Of a DNA stretch of 64,000 bases, positions 55,456-64,000 are shown one piece after another. The translations under genes were made by a program, and so were the position numbers. Source of the DNA: a virus. Position 1 is the first letter of the stretch. Every line of letters starts with the position of its first letter. The notes beneath the pieces are model-generated. The model saw only the letters and a list, made by a program, of their open reading frames with translations, made no database searches and was not told the DNA's origin. The stretch lies in IMG/VR virus record IMGVR_UViG_3300031548_000002, positions 27,364 through 91,363 of that record, one strand, 5' to 3'.

Positions 55456-56457
55456 CTACGCCTCCCCATTCCTCGTCTTGTCGATGATGTCGCCGTAGTA
55501 GTGCAGCGGGTCGCCAACGACGTAGTGGTGCGCGAGCAGGTCCTCCACGCGCGACCCGTCGTCGAACATCGTGCAGATCGCGGCGAACGAGCACTGCCAC
55601 CCGCAGTCGCGCGACGGCCGCATGTGGATGATGTCGAGCGGGTCGACGCCATCATCGAGCGCCGCCTCGACGGTGAGCATCTCGCGCACCGTCGCGATCG
55701 TCCGCCGGTAGAACGCGTTCCGCCGGTGCCGGTTATGCGTGATGAGGTGCCGCTCGTAGAACGGCGGCTTGGCGCGCGCGGTGCGCTTCACCCGGCGCAG
55801 GACGTTATAGAGCGCGCCCGTGCACGCCTCCTCGCCGGGTGTGAGGTACTCGAGCAGCTCGTAGTACTGCATCTGTTCGTTGCGCTCGAGGTCGTCGAGC
55901 TTCGGCGCGACGTCCGCGGTCTTGTGGTCGATGAACACGCGCTGGCCGTTGGACCGAAAGCGCGCCCGCACGTCGATCTTGCCGACCGCGCGAACGTCCA
56001 GCGCGAACCCGGGAATGGGGACCTCGAGGTACGTCTCGGACGCGACGATCTCCAGGTTCTCGTCGACGTGCTCGGCCTCGACCCACTCCATGTACCCCTC
56101 GATCATGATGCGCTCGAGGTCGTTGAGCTTGACGAGCTTGACCCACTCGTCGGTGTCCTCGGCTGAGTCGCCGCGACCGCTCGCGTTCAGGTACTCGTTG
56201 TACGCCCCTCGGTCCTCCCTGATGGCGTCTTCGAGCGCCTCCCGGGGGTCGACACGAGGCACGCCCTCGGGGACGTACCAGGGCTGCAGCGCCCTGTGGA
56301 TGCGGTCGCCGTTGTGCTTCTTCTCGATCGGCACCTCGTAGTTGAAGCGCAGCCCGCGGTACCACGCCAGCCACCACTGGCGGCGGCACGACTTGAACGA
56401 CTGGATCTCCGAGTTCGAGATGCGCCGCACCCCGTCGACGACTCCACTGTGCACCAT
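55456..56457 (-). CDS. Cas4/RecB-like PD-(D/E)xK exonuclease
   Basis: SNSEIQSFKSCRR, GKID..IDHKT, QMQYY, CGWQCSFAAIC. Confidence 0.85.
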   Translation of the reverse strand: MVHSGVVDGVRRISNSEIQSFKSCRRQWWLAWYRGLRFNYEVPIEKKHNGDRIHRALQPWYVPEGVPRVDPREALEDAIREDRGAYNEYLNASGRGDSAEDTDEWVKLVKLNDLERIMIEGYMEWVEAEHVDENLEIVASETYLEVPIPGFALDVRAVGKIDVRARFRSNGQRVFIDHKTADVAPKLDDLERNEQMQYYELLEYLTPGEEACTGALYNVLRRVKRTARAKPPFYERHLITHNRHRRNAFYRRTIATVREMLTVEAALDDGVDPLDIIHMRPSRDCGWQCSFAAICTMFDDGSRVEDLLAHHYVVGDPLHYYGDIIDKTRNGEA

Positions 56458-56466
56458 ACAGCCTCC

Positions 56467-58332
56467 TCAGATGACGGATGCCATGATCATGGTCTCTTCG
56501 TTGTCGAGCTCGAGCGTGCTGAGCCCGGCCTTGCGCAGCGTCTCCTTGTCGCGCACGATCTCTTCGAGCCGCTCGAGCTTCTCGTAGAGCTTAGGCAGCT
56601 GGTGCGTCTCCTCGATGGTCTCTTCGGCGATGATGTCGATGATGTTGATCGACGAGTGGATCTCCGACCCGATGCGGTGAACGCGGTCCTCCGCCTGCTT
56701 GTTCTCGATCATCGACCACGACCGCTGCATGAAGATGATCGTGCTGGCCGCCGTCATCGTCAGGCCGGTGCCACCCGCGGCGATCGTGAAGAGCATGACG
56801 CGCTTCTTACCCTCCTGGAACTGTTGGAGCTGGTGATCGCGCTCGGCCTCGGTCACCTTGCCGGTGATGATGCCGTACGAGATCTTCTCCTTCTCCAGGC
56901 GCTGGGCCGTCAGCTCGATGAGCTGGCGTGATGCGGCGCAGACCGCCACCTGCTTGTCGGGATCGAGGTCGCCGAGGATGCTGATGACCTCATCGATCTT
57001 GGGGGACGGGTCCTTCAGTCGGACCTGCCACGTGCGCGGGTCTTCGGGATCGCCCTTGATGATCTCGGCGTACGACGACGACAGCTGCAGCAGCCGACCG
57101 TGCGCGGTGAGGTTGTTCGCCGCGACGAGCAGCGTGCCGTCGTCGAGGCGCGTCAGCAGCCGACCGGCAAGCTCATCGTACGCCTTGCGCTGCTTGCTGG
57201 TCAGCTGCACGAAGCGTTGGGTTCGGATCTTCGGCGGCAGGTGCCGCAGGATGAGGTCCTTCGGCATGCGCCGGAAGATCGGGTCGAGGATCGCGAAGAA
57301 CTCATCGCGGGTCGCGGGGTTGAGCCCGACGATCTCCATGCCGCCGAATGAGTTCCACGACTGCAGCGCGTAGCGCGCGATGAACTTGGACTTGGTGGGG
57401 AAGTCCAGTGGTCGAACGCCGTGCGCGATCGACCACAGGTCACCGGGGTGCTTGGCGATGGGAGTGCCGGTCGCAGCCCAGTTGGTGGTGACCGTCGGCT
57501 GGTGCGCCACCGCCCACCACGCGCGCGTCTGCTTGGACTTTGGGTCCTTAGCGCGGTGCACCTCATCGAAGATCACGGTCTTGAACGGGATGCGGTTGAA
57601 CTCGCGCACGTGCGTCTCACACTGCGTCGCGGTGACCGTCTCGCCACCGCTCACCGGGTCGCACTCGCGACACTTACGCAGCGCCACCGACGGGTAGGGC
57701 GCGAGCCGCGTGAACTGGCGCAGCGACTCGATGTTCACGATGAAGACGGCGGTCGGGTCGTCGACGGCGGACGCGATGATCTTGCGCCGCTGGGCCATGG
57801 ACCCCTCGAGAACGTAGGGCGTCGCGCCAGTGCACCACTTAGACAGCTCGCGTCGCCACGGACGCTTTGTCGAGTTGGGACAGATGACGACGGCGGGAAG
57901 CACGTCCTTCTCGTCCATGATCAGGTTGTTGAGCATCATGGACAACTGCACAGTTTTTCCTGAGCCCATGTCGTCGCACAAGAGTCCAGACCCTGCGACG
58001 TCCAGCCACTTAACGCCCGCCCGCTGGAACGGGTAGAGCCGAACGTCACCCTCACCCTCGGGAAGCTCTGTCACCTCACGAAGATCGAGTGATGGGTCAA
58101 TGCGCGTCGTGCGCTCATGCCACGCCCAGTTGTGGAGGGACTGGTCGACGGTGAGTCGGTCGCCAAAGATCCCGCGCATCGTCACGCACGACGCCCACGC
58201 GAGCGGCAGCTCCCAGCGGGTCGCCGCTGCGTTCCAGCGTGAGCCCGGAACGGACTTGATCAACTCCTTCTCACGGTACTCGGTGTACACGGCGATGCGA
58301 TCGCCCTCGGGGGTCAGAGCTGCTGTGGCCAC
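56467..58332 (-). CDS. SNF2-family helicase
   Basis: DDMGSGKT, DEVH, TGTP, QAEDRVHRIG. Confidence 0.9.
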   Translation of the reverse strand: MATAALTPEGDRIAVYTEYREKELIKSVPGSRWNAAATRWELPLAWASCVTMRGIFGDRLTVDQSLHNWAWHERTTRIDPSLDLREVTELPEGEGDVRLYPFQRAGVKWLDVAGSGLLCDDMGSGKTVQLSMMLNNLIMDEKDVLPAVVICPNSTKRPWRRELSKWCTGATPYVLEGSMAQRRKIIASAVDDPTAVFIVNIESLRQFTRLAPYPSVALRKCRECDPVSGGETVTATQCETHVREFNRIPFKTVIFDEVHRAKDPKSKQTRAWWAVAHQPTVTTNWAATGTPIAKHPGDLWSIAHGVRPLDFPTKSKFIARYALQSWNSFGGMEIVGLNPATRDEFFAILDPIFRRMPKDLILRHLPPKIRTQRFVQLTSKQRKAYDELAGRLLTRLDDGTLLVAANNLTAHGRLLQLSSSYAEIIKGDPEDPRTWQVRLKDPSPKIDEVISILGDLDPDKQVAVCAASRQLIELTAQRLEKEKISYGIITGKVTEAERDHQLQQFQEGKKRVMLFTIAAGGTGLTMTAASTIIFMQRSWSMIENKQAEDRVHRIGSEIHSSINIIDIIAEETIEETHQLPKLYEKLERLEEIVRDKETLRKAGLSTLELDNEETMIMASVI

Positions 58333-58378
58333 TAGATTCCCCTCATCGTTGGTCGTTGATCTCTAATCGCTTAGCTAC

Positions 58379-58822
58379 CTAGATTATATCAGGCGTGACA
58401 TTCTGATGAACCCACGCGGGGTGGTGATCGACCACCGCCTTAAAGACCTGCGCGGCCGCGTCGTTCATGTGACGGCCGGCGCGCCCCGTCTTCCACCAGC
58501 CCAGCGCGCGCAGGAGATCGGGCCGCGCGAGCCTCTTCGCGTCCGACATATTCTGATACACGAGCGTGTGGTGTCCCGTGCGCTCGACGAGGTTCTGAAT
58601 GACGCCCGACACCTTGAGCGCGTCGGGCTGCTGCGTCTTCTTACCCGTGTGAACGGTGATCACAAAGCGCTCCACCGCGACGATCGTAGACACGTCGGAT
58701 GATAGCCACGACCACAGCATCGGCTCGACCTCGCCGAACGTCGCGGTGACCTGGTAGAGCCGGTCACGACGCAGCAGCGCGAGACCCGTCGTCGTGCCGG
58801 GGTCGCAGCCGATCACCCGCAC
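58379..58822 (-). CDS. RuvC-like Holliday junction resolvase
   Basis: VIGCDPGTTTG, VERF, HMNDA. Confidence 0.75.
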   Translation of the reverse strand: MRVIGCDPGTTTGLALLRRDRLYQVTATFGEVEPMLWSWLSSDVSTIVAVERFVITVHTGKKTQQPDALKVSGVIQNLVERTGHHTLVYQNMSDAKRLARPDLLRALGWWKTGRAGRHMNDAAAQVFKAVVDHHPAWVHQNVTPDII

Positions 58823-58826
58823 GTAG

Positions 58827-60632
58827 TCAAGCGGCGGCACGAAGCGACTCCCGCCACAGACTCGCGTTCCAGTCGGACTTCTCACCCCACCGCTGGCCGA
58901 ACGAGACCGACGCCGACACGGGCACGGGCGCGAGGACGTCAGCGTCGTTCATCACGCGCTCCAGCGTGTGGACCGCGTCGACCACGTGCTCGTTCGGAAC
59001 GTCCAGCACGACCTCATCGTGCACGAGCATGGTGAGCCACTGGCCCAGGCCGGCGGCGTCAACCTCGAGGACCTTCATCTTGAACAGCTCGGCGGCGAGT
59101 CCTTGGATGAGGTAGTTCACCAGGGCGTACTCCTTGTTGCGGTCGCCCACGTGCTTGCGACCGGTGAGCGGCGAGCGCACGTACGCCTCACCCTCCTGGT
59201 GGCGCCGCGTCATGACGAGGCTGTTAACGTCGCGGATGAACTTGGGAATGCCCGGGTACGTGACGTCCACGAGCTCCATGAAGATCTTAGCCTCCGCCTC
59301 GGGAATGCCCGCGGTGAGCGCGAACTTCGCGATGCCCGAGCCGTACGACTTCGCGTACATGGAGTTCTTCGTGAGCTGGCGGCGCGAGTCGCTCTTCGCC
59401 ATCGACTCGAGGTCGTACAGCTGGCACGCCATGCTGGTGAAGAAGTCCGCGTCCGAGAGGAACGCGGCGAGCATGGCCTCATCCCGCGACAGGTACGCGA
59501 GGATGCGCATCTCGATCTGGTCGAAGTCGCACATCAGCAGTGTGTGACCGGGCCGTGCGGAGATGCAGTTGCGAACGGTGATCGCCGCGCGGTTCTTCTC
59601 GCTGCGCCGGGGTAGCGTCTGCAGCGCGGGCCGCTGGACGGACATGCGGCCGGTGCGCGCGCCGATCGAGTTGATCGAGCAGTGGATGAGGTCGGCCGCG
59701 TCGCGCTCGTCGATGAAGTGACGCAGGTACGTCTGTGATAGCTTCTGGAGCTGCCGCCGCAGCAGCACCGTCTGCGCCAGTGGGTGGTCGATCCCGGCGA
59801 GGACCTCCTTGTCGAGGGCGGGCGCGCCGGACGCGGTCCGCTTCGTCCACTCATAGCCCTCGTCGTTGAGCGCCTTTACGACACCCTGGTTCGACCCGGC
59901 GGAGATCCCGTACTGATCCTTCACCCACTTGCCCGACTCGGCCACGTGGTCGTCGAACTTACGGAGCGCCGTCGCGGTGTACTCTGCGTCCACGTGAATA
60001 CCGTAGCGCTCGATGTCACTGGTGACCCACGACGTCGCGAGCTCGAGGTCGTACGCCTTCGGACACTCGGCCTGCACGCGCGGGTAGATCGCGTCCTTCA
60101 CGCCCTTGGTGAGCACCGGGTCCAGTGCGGCGTACACCCAGTAGGGCTGGAAGGTGACGGGTATCTTATCCCAACCGTACACCTTGATGGCGTCGTCAAG
60201 CTCCTTCTGCGCCGCGCCCGCGCGCGGGTCGACGTAGCGCGCGGCGAGGTTCTTCAGCGCGGTGGAGTACGTCGACTCGAGCGGATGGTGCATGGGCCGC
60301 GTGTCGTGGATCTTACTTCGCGGCGGCGGCTCGATGCCGCTGTTACGCAGCATGGCATCATCGAACGGCCAGTTCGCGCCGACGTACGTTCCGTCGAACT
60401 TGGCGAAGACCTCCTTGATGACGCCCTTCCAGTCGTCCACGGGAATCGTCCAGCCGTGACGCAGGTCGCCGAACTGGACGGTTCGCACGACGTCGGTCTG
60501 CTTGTTCAGCCCGGTGGACTCGGTGTCGCAGCCGATCTCGTTGTCGGGACGCCACTCGCCCAGCCAGCGCATGAACTCGGCGACCGCATCGGTCGAGTCG
60601 ACGAGGTGAACCTGGACGTCATCGAGACTCAA
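58827..60632 (-). CDS. polA: DNA polymerase family A (3'-5' exo + pol)
   Basis: DTESTG, RTGRMS, DFDQIEMR, KNSMYAKSYG, NYLIQG, VHDE. Confidence 0.93.
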   Translation of the reverse strand: MSLDDVQVHLVDSTDAVAEFMRWLGEWRPDNEIGCDTESTGLNKQTDVVRTVQFGDLRHGWTIPVDDWKGVIKEVFAKFDGTYVGANWPFDDAMLRNSGIEPPPRSKIHDTRPMHHPLESTYSTALKNLAARYVDPRAGAAQKELDDAIKVYGWDKIPVTFQPYWVYAALDPVLTKGVKDAIYPRVQAECPKAYDLELATSWVTSDIERYGIHVDAEYTATALRKFDDHVAESGKWVKDQYGISAGSNQGVVKALNDEGYEWTKRTASGAPALDKEVLAGIDHPLAQTVLLRRQLQKLSQTYLRHFIDERDAADLIHCSINSIGARTGRMSVQRPALQTLPRRSEKNRAAITVRNCISARPGHTLLMCDFDQIEMRILAYLSRDEAMLAAFLSDADFFTSMACQLYDLESMAKSDSRRQLTKNSMYAKSYGSGIAKFALTAGIPEAEAKIFMELVDVTYPGIPKFIRDVNSLVMTRRHQEGEAYVRSPLTGRKHVGDRNKEYALVNYLIQGLAAELFKMKVLEVDAAGLGQWLTMLVHDEVVLDVPNEHVVDAVHTLERVMNDADVLAPVPVSASVSFGQRWGEKSDWNASLWRESLRAAA

Positions 60633-60879
60633 TGAACGCTCCTATGATCTCGTGCGTAAGTTCTATGATCAATTCGCGGCGCCACGTCGCTGTGCGCGCA
60701 TCGAATGATCCAGGACGCATCGGTGTCACGACCGCCCCGTAGCGCGCGAAGTCAAAGTGCTCGACAGCATCCGTAACGAGTGCGTGGATCTCAGCGGCAT
60801 CCGGAAAGTACGGTATGTACTCGGGATCGTCCACGTGCTCACGGTCACACTCATACGTGCAGCACGTGTCACAGCACAT
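60619..60879 (-). CDS. hypothetical protein
   Basis: GAGG RBS, fills the gap. Confidence 0.5.
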   Translation of the reverse strand: MCCDTCCTYECDREHVDDPEYIPYFPDAAEIHALVTDAVEHFDFARYGAVVTPMRPGSFDARTATWRRELIIELTHEIIGAFIESR

Positions 60880-61390
60880 CTCGGACCTCTACCTCGATGT
60901 CGCAGCGCTCAAGGAACGCATAGCCCGATGACGAGTCGCGGTGCGCGTGCTCGTGTCGCGGCTGGACGACCGCACGTGTGAGTCCAGAGTTCGCGATGAG
61001 CTTAGCGCAGCTCAGGCAGACGTGACTCGTCACGTAGATCGTACCACCCTCGCGAACCGTCCGCTCGCAGACCATCAGCGAGTTGGCCTCGGCGTGTAGG
61101 CTCGGACAGTCGGAGTAGTCCGCCGCGAGACCGCGCCGCTGATCCGGCATGCCTGCCCCGAGTACCGGTCGTGCGGCGTCCGCGACCATGGCACGCGGAC
61201 ACCACTCGGTACATCGTTGGCCGTTGTGCGTGAAGCCCTCAGGCGGTCCGTTGTACCCTGTGGCAACGATGCGGTTGCGCTGGTCCACGATGACCGCACC
61301 GACGCGGTCGCGCGAGCAGAGTGAGCGGCACGCGACGGCGGACGCGACGAGCAGCCAGGTGTCATCCCACGACGTTCGGACGTCAGTCAC
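60869..61390 (-). CDS. dCMP deaminase family protein
   Basis: RSLC..VGAVIV, TGYNG, HAEAN, CLSCAKLI; start moved to GTG overlapping the upstream stop. Confidence 0.88.
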   Translation of the reverse strand: MTDVRTSWDDTWLLVASAVACRSLCSRDRVGAVIVDQRNRIVATGYNGPPEGFTHNGQRCTEWCPRAMVADAARPVLGAGMPDQRRGLAADYSDCPSLHAEANSLMVCERTVREGGTIYVTSHVCLSCAKLIANSGLTRAVVQPRHEHAHRDSSSGYAFLERCDIEVEVRDVL

Positions 61391-62210
61391 GCCGGCTGCC
61401 GGTGAGGGCGTTCCGGAACCAATGCTCGCCGGGGAGGTAGTGCCCGTCGACGTAGGGAAGTCGCCGGCAGCGCTGCTTGGCCAGAAGAGCCGAGTCACCG
61501 TTGCGCGCCAGTCCTCCGGGGAATGAGTCATCTTCCACGACCTCCGGTCGCTTGTGAAGTGTCTTGATCTTGTCTATGTCGCGCTCGTACAGGTGGAGCG
61601 ACAGCGTCGTGTGCCGGTACGCGCCGACGTCGCGGCCGATGAGCGTGGCCACCGTCAGCTGCAGCGTCGTGAACTGGAAGAAGTCATACGGGATGCCCAG
61701 CCAGACGTCGCTGGACCGCATGACGACGTCGACGGCCAGGTGGCCCGCGTCGTCGACCGAGAACCCGATGCTCAGCGTGCACGGGTAGTCGTGCTTGAAC
61801 GGAACGTTGTCGAGCTCGGGTTTCCACAGCTGGATCACCGCCTGTCGCGTCGCGGGATCGCGCTTGAGCTTGGCCACGACGTCCAGCAGCTGGTATCCGA
61901 TGCGGTCGCCGTACGCGCCCCAGAACCGGCCGTCAGCCTCCCTGTACGGGTCGAATGACGGCGGTAGTAGATCCGGGTCAGAGAACCCGCCAACGAGCTG
62001 GACGGCCTCCGCTGCGGCCACGCGCCGACTGAGACCGCGACCGGTGCCCAGTGGAAACGCGCGTCGCGGGTTCTCCACCTCGATCACCGTCAAGCCGAGG
62101 TCGCGCGTCGCCTCGCCACGCGGCGCGCGCTTGACCCCGGAGTCGTGAACCAGCTCCACCAGGCGGCGGTACCCGCTGGGCCCGTCCTCCATGTACACTA
62201 CGGTCGCCAC
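61383..62210 (-). CDS. thymidylate synthase homolog, probably dCMP-modifying (hydroxymethylase-type)
   Basis: GAYG.R, TRQA, DYPCT, MRSSDVWLGIPYD (Asp where dUMP enzymes have Asn), SLHLYERD. Confidence 0.82.
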   Translation of the reverse strand: MATVVYMEDGPSGYRRLVELVHDSGVKRAPRGEATRDLGLTVIEVENPRRAFPLGTGRGLSRRVAAAEAVQLVGGFSDPDLLPPSFDPYREADGRFWGAYGDRIGYQLLDVVAKLKRDPATRQAVIQLWKPELDNVPFKHDYPCTLSIGFSVDDAGHLAVDVVMRSSDVWLGIPYDFFQFTTLQLTVATLIGRDVGAYRHTTLSLHLYERDIDKIKTLHKRPEVVEDDSFPGGLARNGDSALLAKQRCRRLPYVDGHYLPGEHWFRNALTGSRRD

Positions 62211-63160
62211 TTGCGCAGGTCCCTTCCGGTCTGAAGCGCGTCGACGATCGCGTCGCCGTACGCCGCGTGATGCGAGTGGTGAAAGCGGCGCACGTACTGC
62301 GGGTGAGGCACGGCGCCGACGGGATGCGAGCCAAGAAGACCGGCGCACGCTTCGCGCGCGTTGGCACCCAACGTCACAACGCTGCTTGGCTGGACGACGC
62401 CTAGGACCCGGGGCAGCGAGTCGACGTCACAGCCGTTCACGATGCCAACGCGCAGTCCATCGAGGCGATGGAGCCGCGCCAGCAGCGCGCGGCCGAGGTA
62501 CGCGCCCGACGTGGACGGGTAGGGCATGAATGCCGTGCCCAAAGGGTGGCGACTGCCGGGGCCACGCACGTCGCCAACGAGCAGCGCGTCGACCGCGGGC
62601 GGTCCGATGTACGTGACGAAGTCGTTGAGGATGCGCGCGGGGCTCTCGGCGCGCGTCCCCTCGGCCACGACGTATTCGACGAGGTCCGGTGTGTCGAGGC
62701 GTACCATGACGCTGCGCAGATCGGACGTCGCGCGCACGGCGGCGAAGAGGTTCTGCGTCGTCGTGAGCTCAGACTCGGGGATCACAAACTCACCGCGGTC
62801 ACGAAAGACGTCCTGGATCTCCAAGTGGTCGCGCCAGAGGTGTACGCCCAGCGCGCCGCGCGACCGGAGGAACAGCTCGGTGTACCGAAAGACGGCGTCA
62901 TCCATGAGCGACTCGCGGTTCTTCACGCGCGGATACACCCGCTCGCCCCAGTGCCAGCGGTCACAGATGATGTGGTGGTTGCGCCCGGGCCGGTAGCCCA
63001 GCAGCGGAACCACGTACTCGTCCAGTGGGTGCTGGGTGGGCCGGCCCCGGTGCCAGACCTCCACGGTGTCGTCGGGTCGGTGCTTGGCCAGGTACTCGGA
63101 GATGCGCTGGATCAGCGTCGTCTTACCGACGCCGTCCGCTCCGTCACAGAGAATAAGCAC
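62198..63160 (-). CDS. dNMP kinase fused to uracil-DNA-glycosylase-like domain
   Basis: DGADGVGKTT...CDRWHWGE kinase; LLVGD.RG...F...SGAYL...N...VTLG..A...HPQ UDG-like. Confidence 0.75.
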   Translation of the reverse strand: MLILCDGADGVGKTTLIQRISEYLAKHRPDDTVEVWHRGRPTQHPLDEYVVPLLGYRPGRNHHIICDRWHWGERVYPRVKNRESLMDDAVFRYTELFLRSRGALGVHLWRDHLEIQDVFRDRGEFVIPESELTTTQNLFAAVRATSDLRSVMVRLDTPDLVEYVVAEGTRAESPARILNDFVTYIGPPAVDALLVGDVRGPGSRHPLGTAFMPYPSTSGAYLGRALLARLHRLDGLRVGIVNGCDVDSLPRVLGVVQPSSVVTLGANAREACAGLLGSHPVGAVPHPQYVRRFHHSHHAAYGDAIVDALQTGRDLRKWRP

Positions 63161-63232
63161 GTCGTGTCCTCTTCACTTGCGGTGAGTCGGTGGGTACGGC
63201 CGACCGCCTGGATCGACCGTACCACACGCGAT

Positions 63233-63715
63233 CTACGTCCTCTTCGTCTGCACGTCGCGCACCATGCGCTCGCGCCGGTGCCGGTAGATGGTGCCCGTGG
63301 AGCAGCCCGCGCGGGCGGCGACCTCCGGTACGGTGCGGCCCGGAATGTCCAGCAGCTCGATGAGCGCGAACCGCACGGCGATCGGCTCGTGCGCGAAGTC
63401 GATCGCCGCGCCGGACGACACGAGCTCCACCGCGCGCACGACCGCCGCGGCCTCGATCTCGGACCTGCGCCGCCGCCAGCGGGCGTGCGTCACGACCGCG
63501 GTGCACGTCTTACAGTATGATGACGTGGGCGGCTCACCCGCGTGGCGGGCGTAGAACTCGGACGGCGGCTGGTCGCGGTGACAGCGCGCGCACCGTCGGG
63601 TGATCGTATCGGCGAACGCGATCGGATGCGGCGCTAGTACGCCGCGATCTCCTGGCATGAGTCGCACCTCCACAGTCGGCCGGTCAGCTTGTCGCCGGAG
63701 CTCAGCGTTCGGCAC
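63233..63715 (-). CDS. Zn-finger + HTH protein
   Basis: CARC..EFY..YCKTC; TVPEVAARAGCSTGTIYR; start probably near 63658. Confidence 0.65.
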   Translation of the reverse strand: MPNAELRRQADRPTVEVRLMPGDRGVLAPHPIAFADTITRRCARCHRDQPPSEFYARHAGEPPTSSYCKTCTAVVTHARWRRRRSEIEAAAVVRAVELVSSGAAIDFAHEPIAVRFALIELLDIPGRTVPEVAARAGCSTGTIYRHRRERMVRDVQTKRT

Positions 63716-63948
63716 TTCTTGCAGAGGTGCGCGACCCGCTCGGGTTCGGCGAGAATCTTAGGAATCTCGATGGTTGTGTCCGTCAACCGTACCACCACTC
63801 CCGACTGGCGCACGGTGAAGGCCAGGACGTCCTCGCGCTTGAGCGCCGCGTCGAAGATCCGGTTCCAACCCTCGGTGACCAGGAACTCGTCGGGCGTGAG
63901 CGTCGGCTTGGGCGGGGCCAGCGCGACGCTGATGTCGGCGGGTCCCAC
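63634..63948 (-). CDS. hypothetical Zn-ribbon protein
   Basis: CKKC...CDSC; start uncertain at the window edge. Confidence 0.5.
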   Translation of the reverse strand: MGPADISVALAPPKPTLTPDEFLVTEGWNRIFDAALKREDVLAFTVRQSGVVVRLTDTTIEIPKILAEPERVAHLCKKCRTLSSGDKLTGRLWRCDSCQEIAAY

Positions 63949-64000
63949 GCCCGCGGGAGTGGGGTCGCGCCGCGGGTCGTGCGCGGGTGTGCGAATGATG

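Noticed and set aside
55456-56457. Cas4-like nuclease as evidence of a CRISPR system
   Set aside because: No repeat-spacer array or other cas genes; it sits in the usual phage exonuclease-AAA-SSB recombination module
61390-61531. N-terminal extension of dCMP deaminase overlapping the TS homolog by ~150 bp
   Set aside because: A GTG at 61390 next to the TS stop gives a normal-length deaminase, so the overlap is probably an ORF-calling artefact
61383-62210. 5-hydroxymethyluracil (SPO1-type) pathway suggested by dCMP deaminase + TS homolog
   Set aside because: The specificity residue is Asp (dCMP-type) and a BGT-like enzyme is present; cytosine modification fits better, though only assays can exclude hmU

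Overview
This window is most of the genome of a high-GC tailed phage of an actinomycete (WhiB, PolA, DUF1360, a vWA/Ter-type gene and the codon usage point to a Streptomyces-like host). No terminase, primase, integrase, tRNA or CRISPR array is visible. Layout: (1) 1-13.8 kb, small accessory/early genes, many with their own sigma70-type promoter and a shared GACACGA box before the RBS; (2) 14.0-41.7 kb (+), siphovirus virion operon; (3) 41.7-45.4 kb (+), glycosyltransferase/methyltransferase cluster; (4) 45.5-64 kb (-), WhiB, lysis, DNA modification and replication. Three systems stand out. First, a head-module cassette carries three VIP2-type (R-S-E) ADP-ribosyltransferases plus a 2H-phosphoesterase/protease fusion. 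Recurring short peptides link these genes: an LxAA putative cleavage site, a (F/Y)DESK...GRF tag, and a TPLTDP leader in each gene that follows an ART gene. Second, a T4-like cytosine hypermodification pathway (dCMP-type thymidylate-synthase homolog, kinase-UDG fusion, dCTPase-like enzyme, BGT-like DNA glycosyltransferase) is paired with a GT75/RGP-STELLO-type enzyme and a C5 methyltransferase. Third, a probable virion-glycosylation system has a candidate (V/I)TG acceptor motif enriched in virion proteins. All assignments come from motif recognition by eye; no database searches were run.
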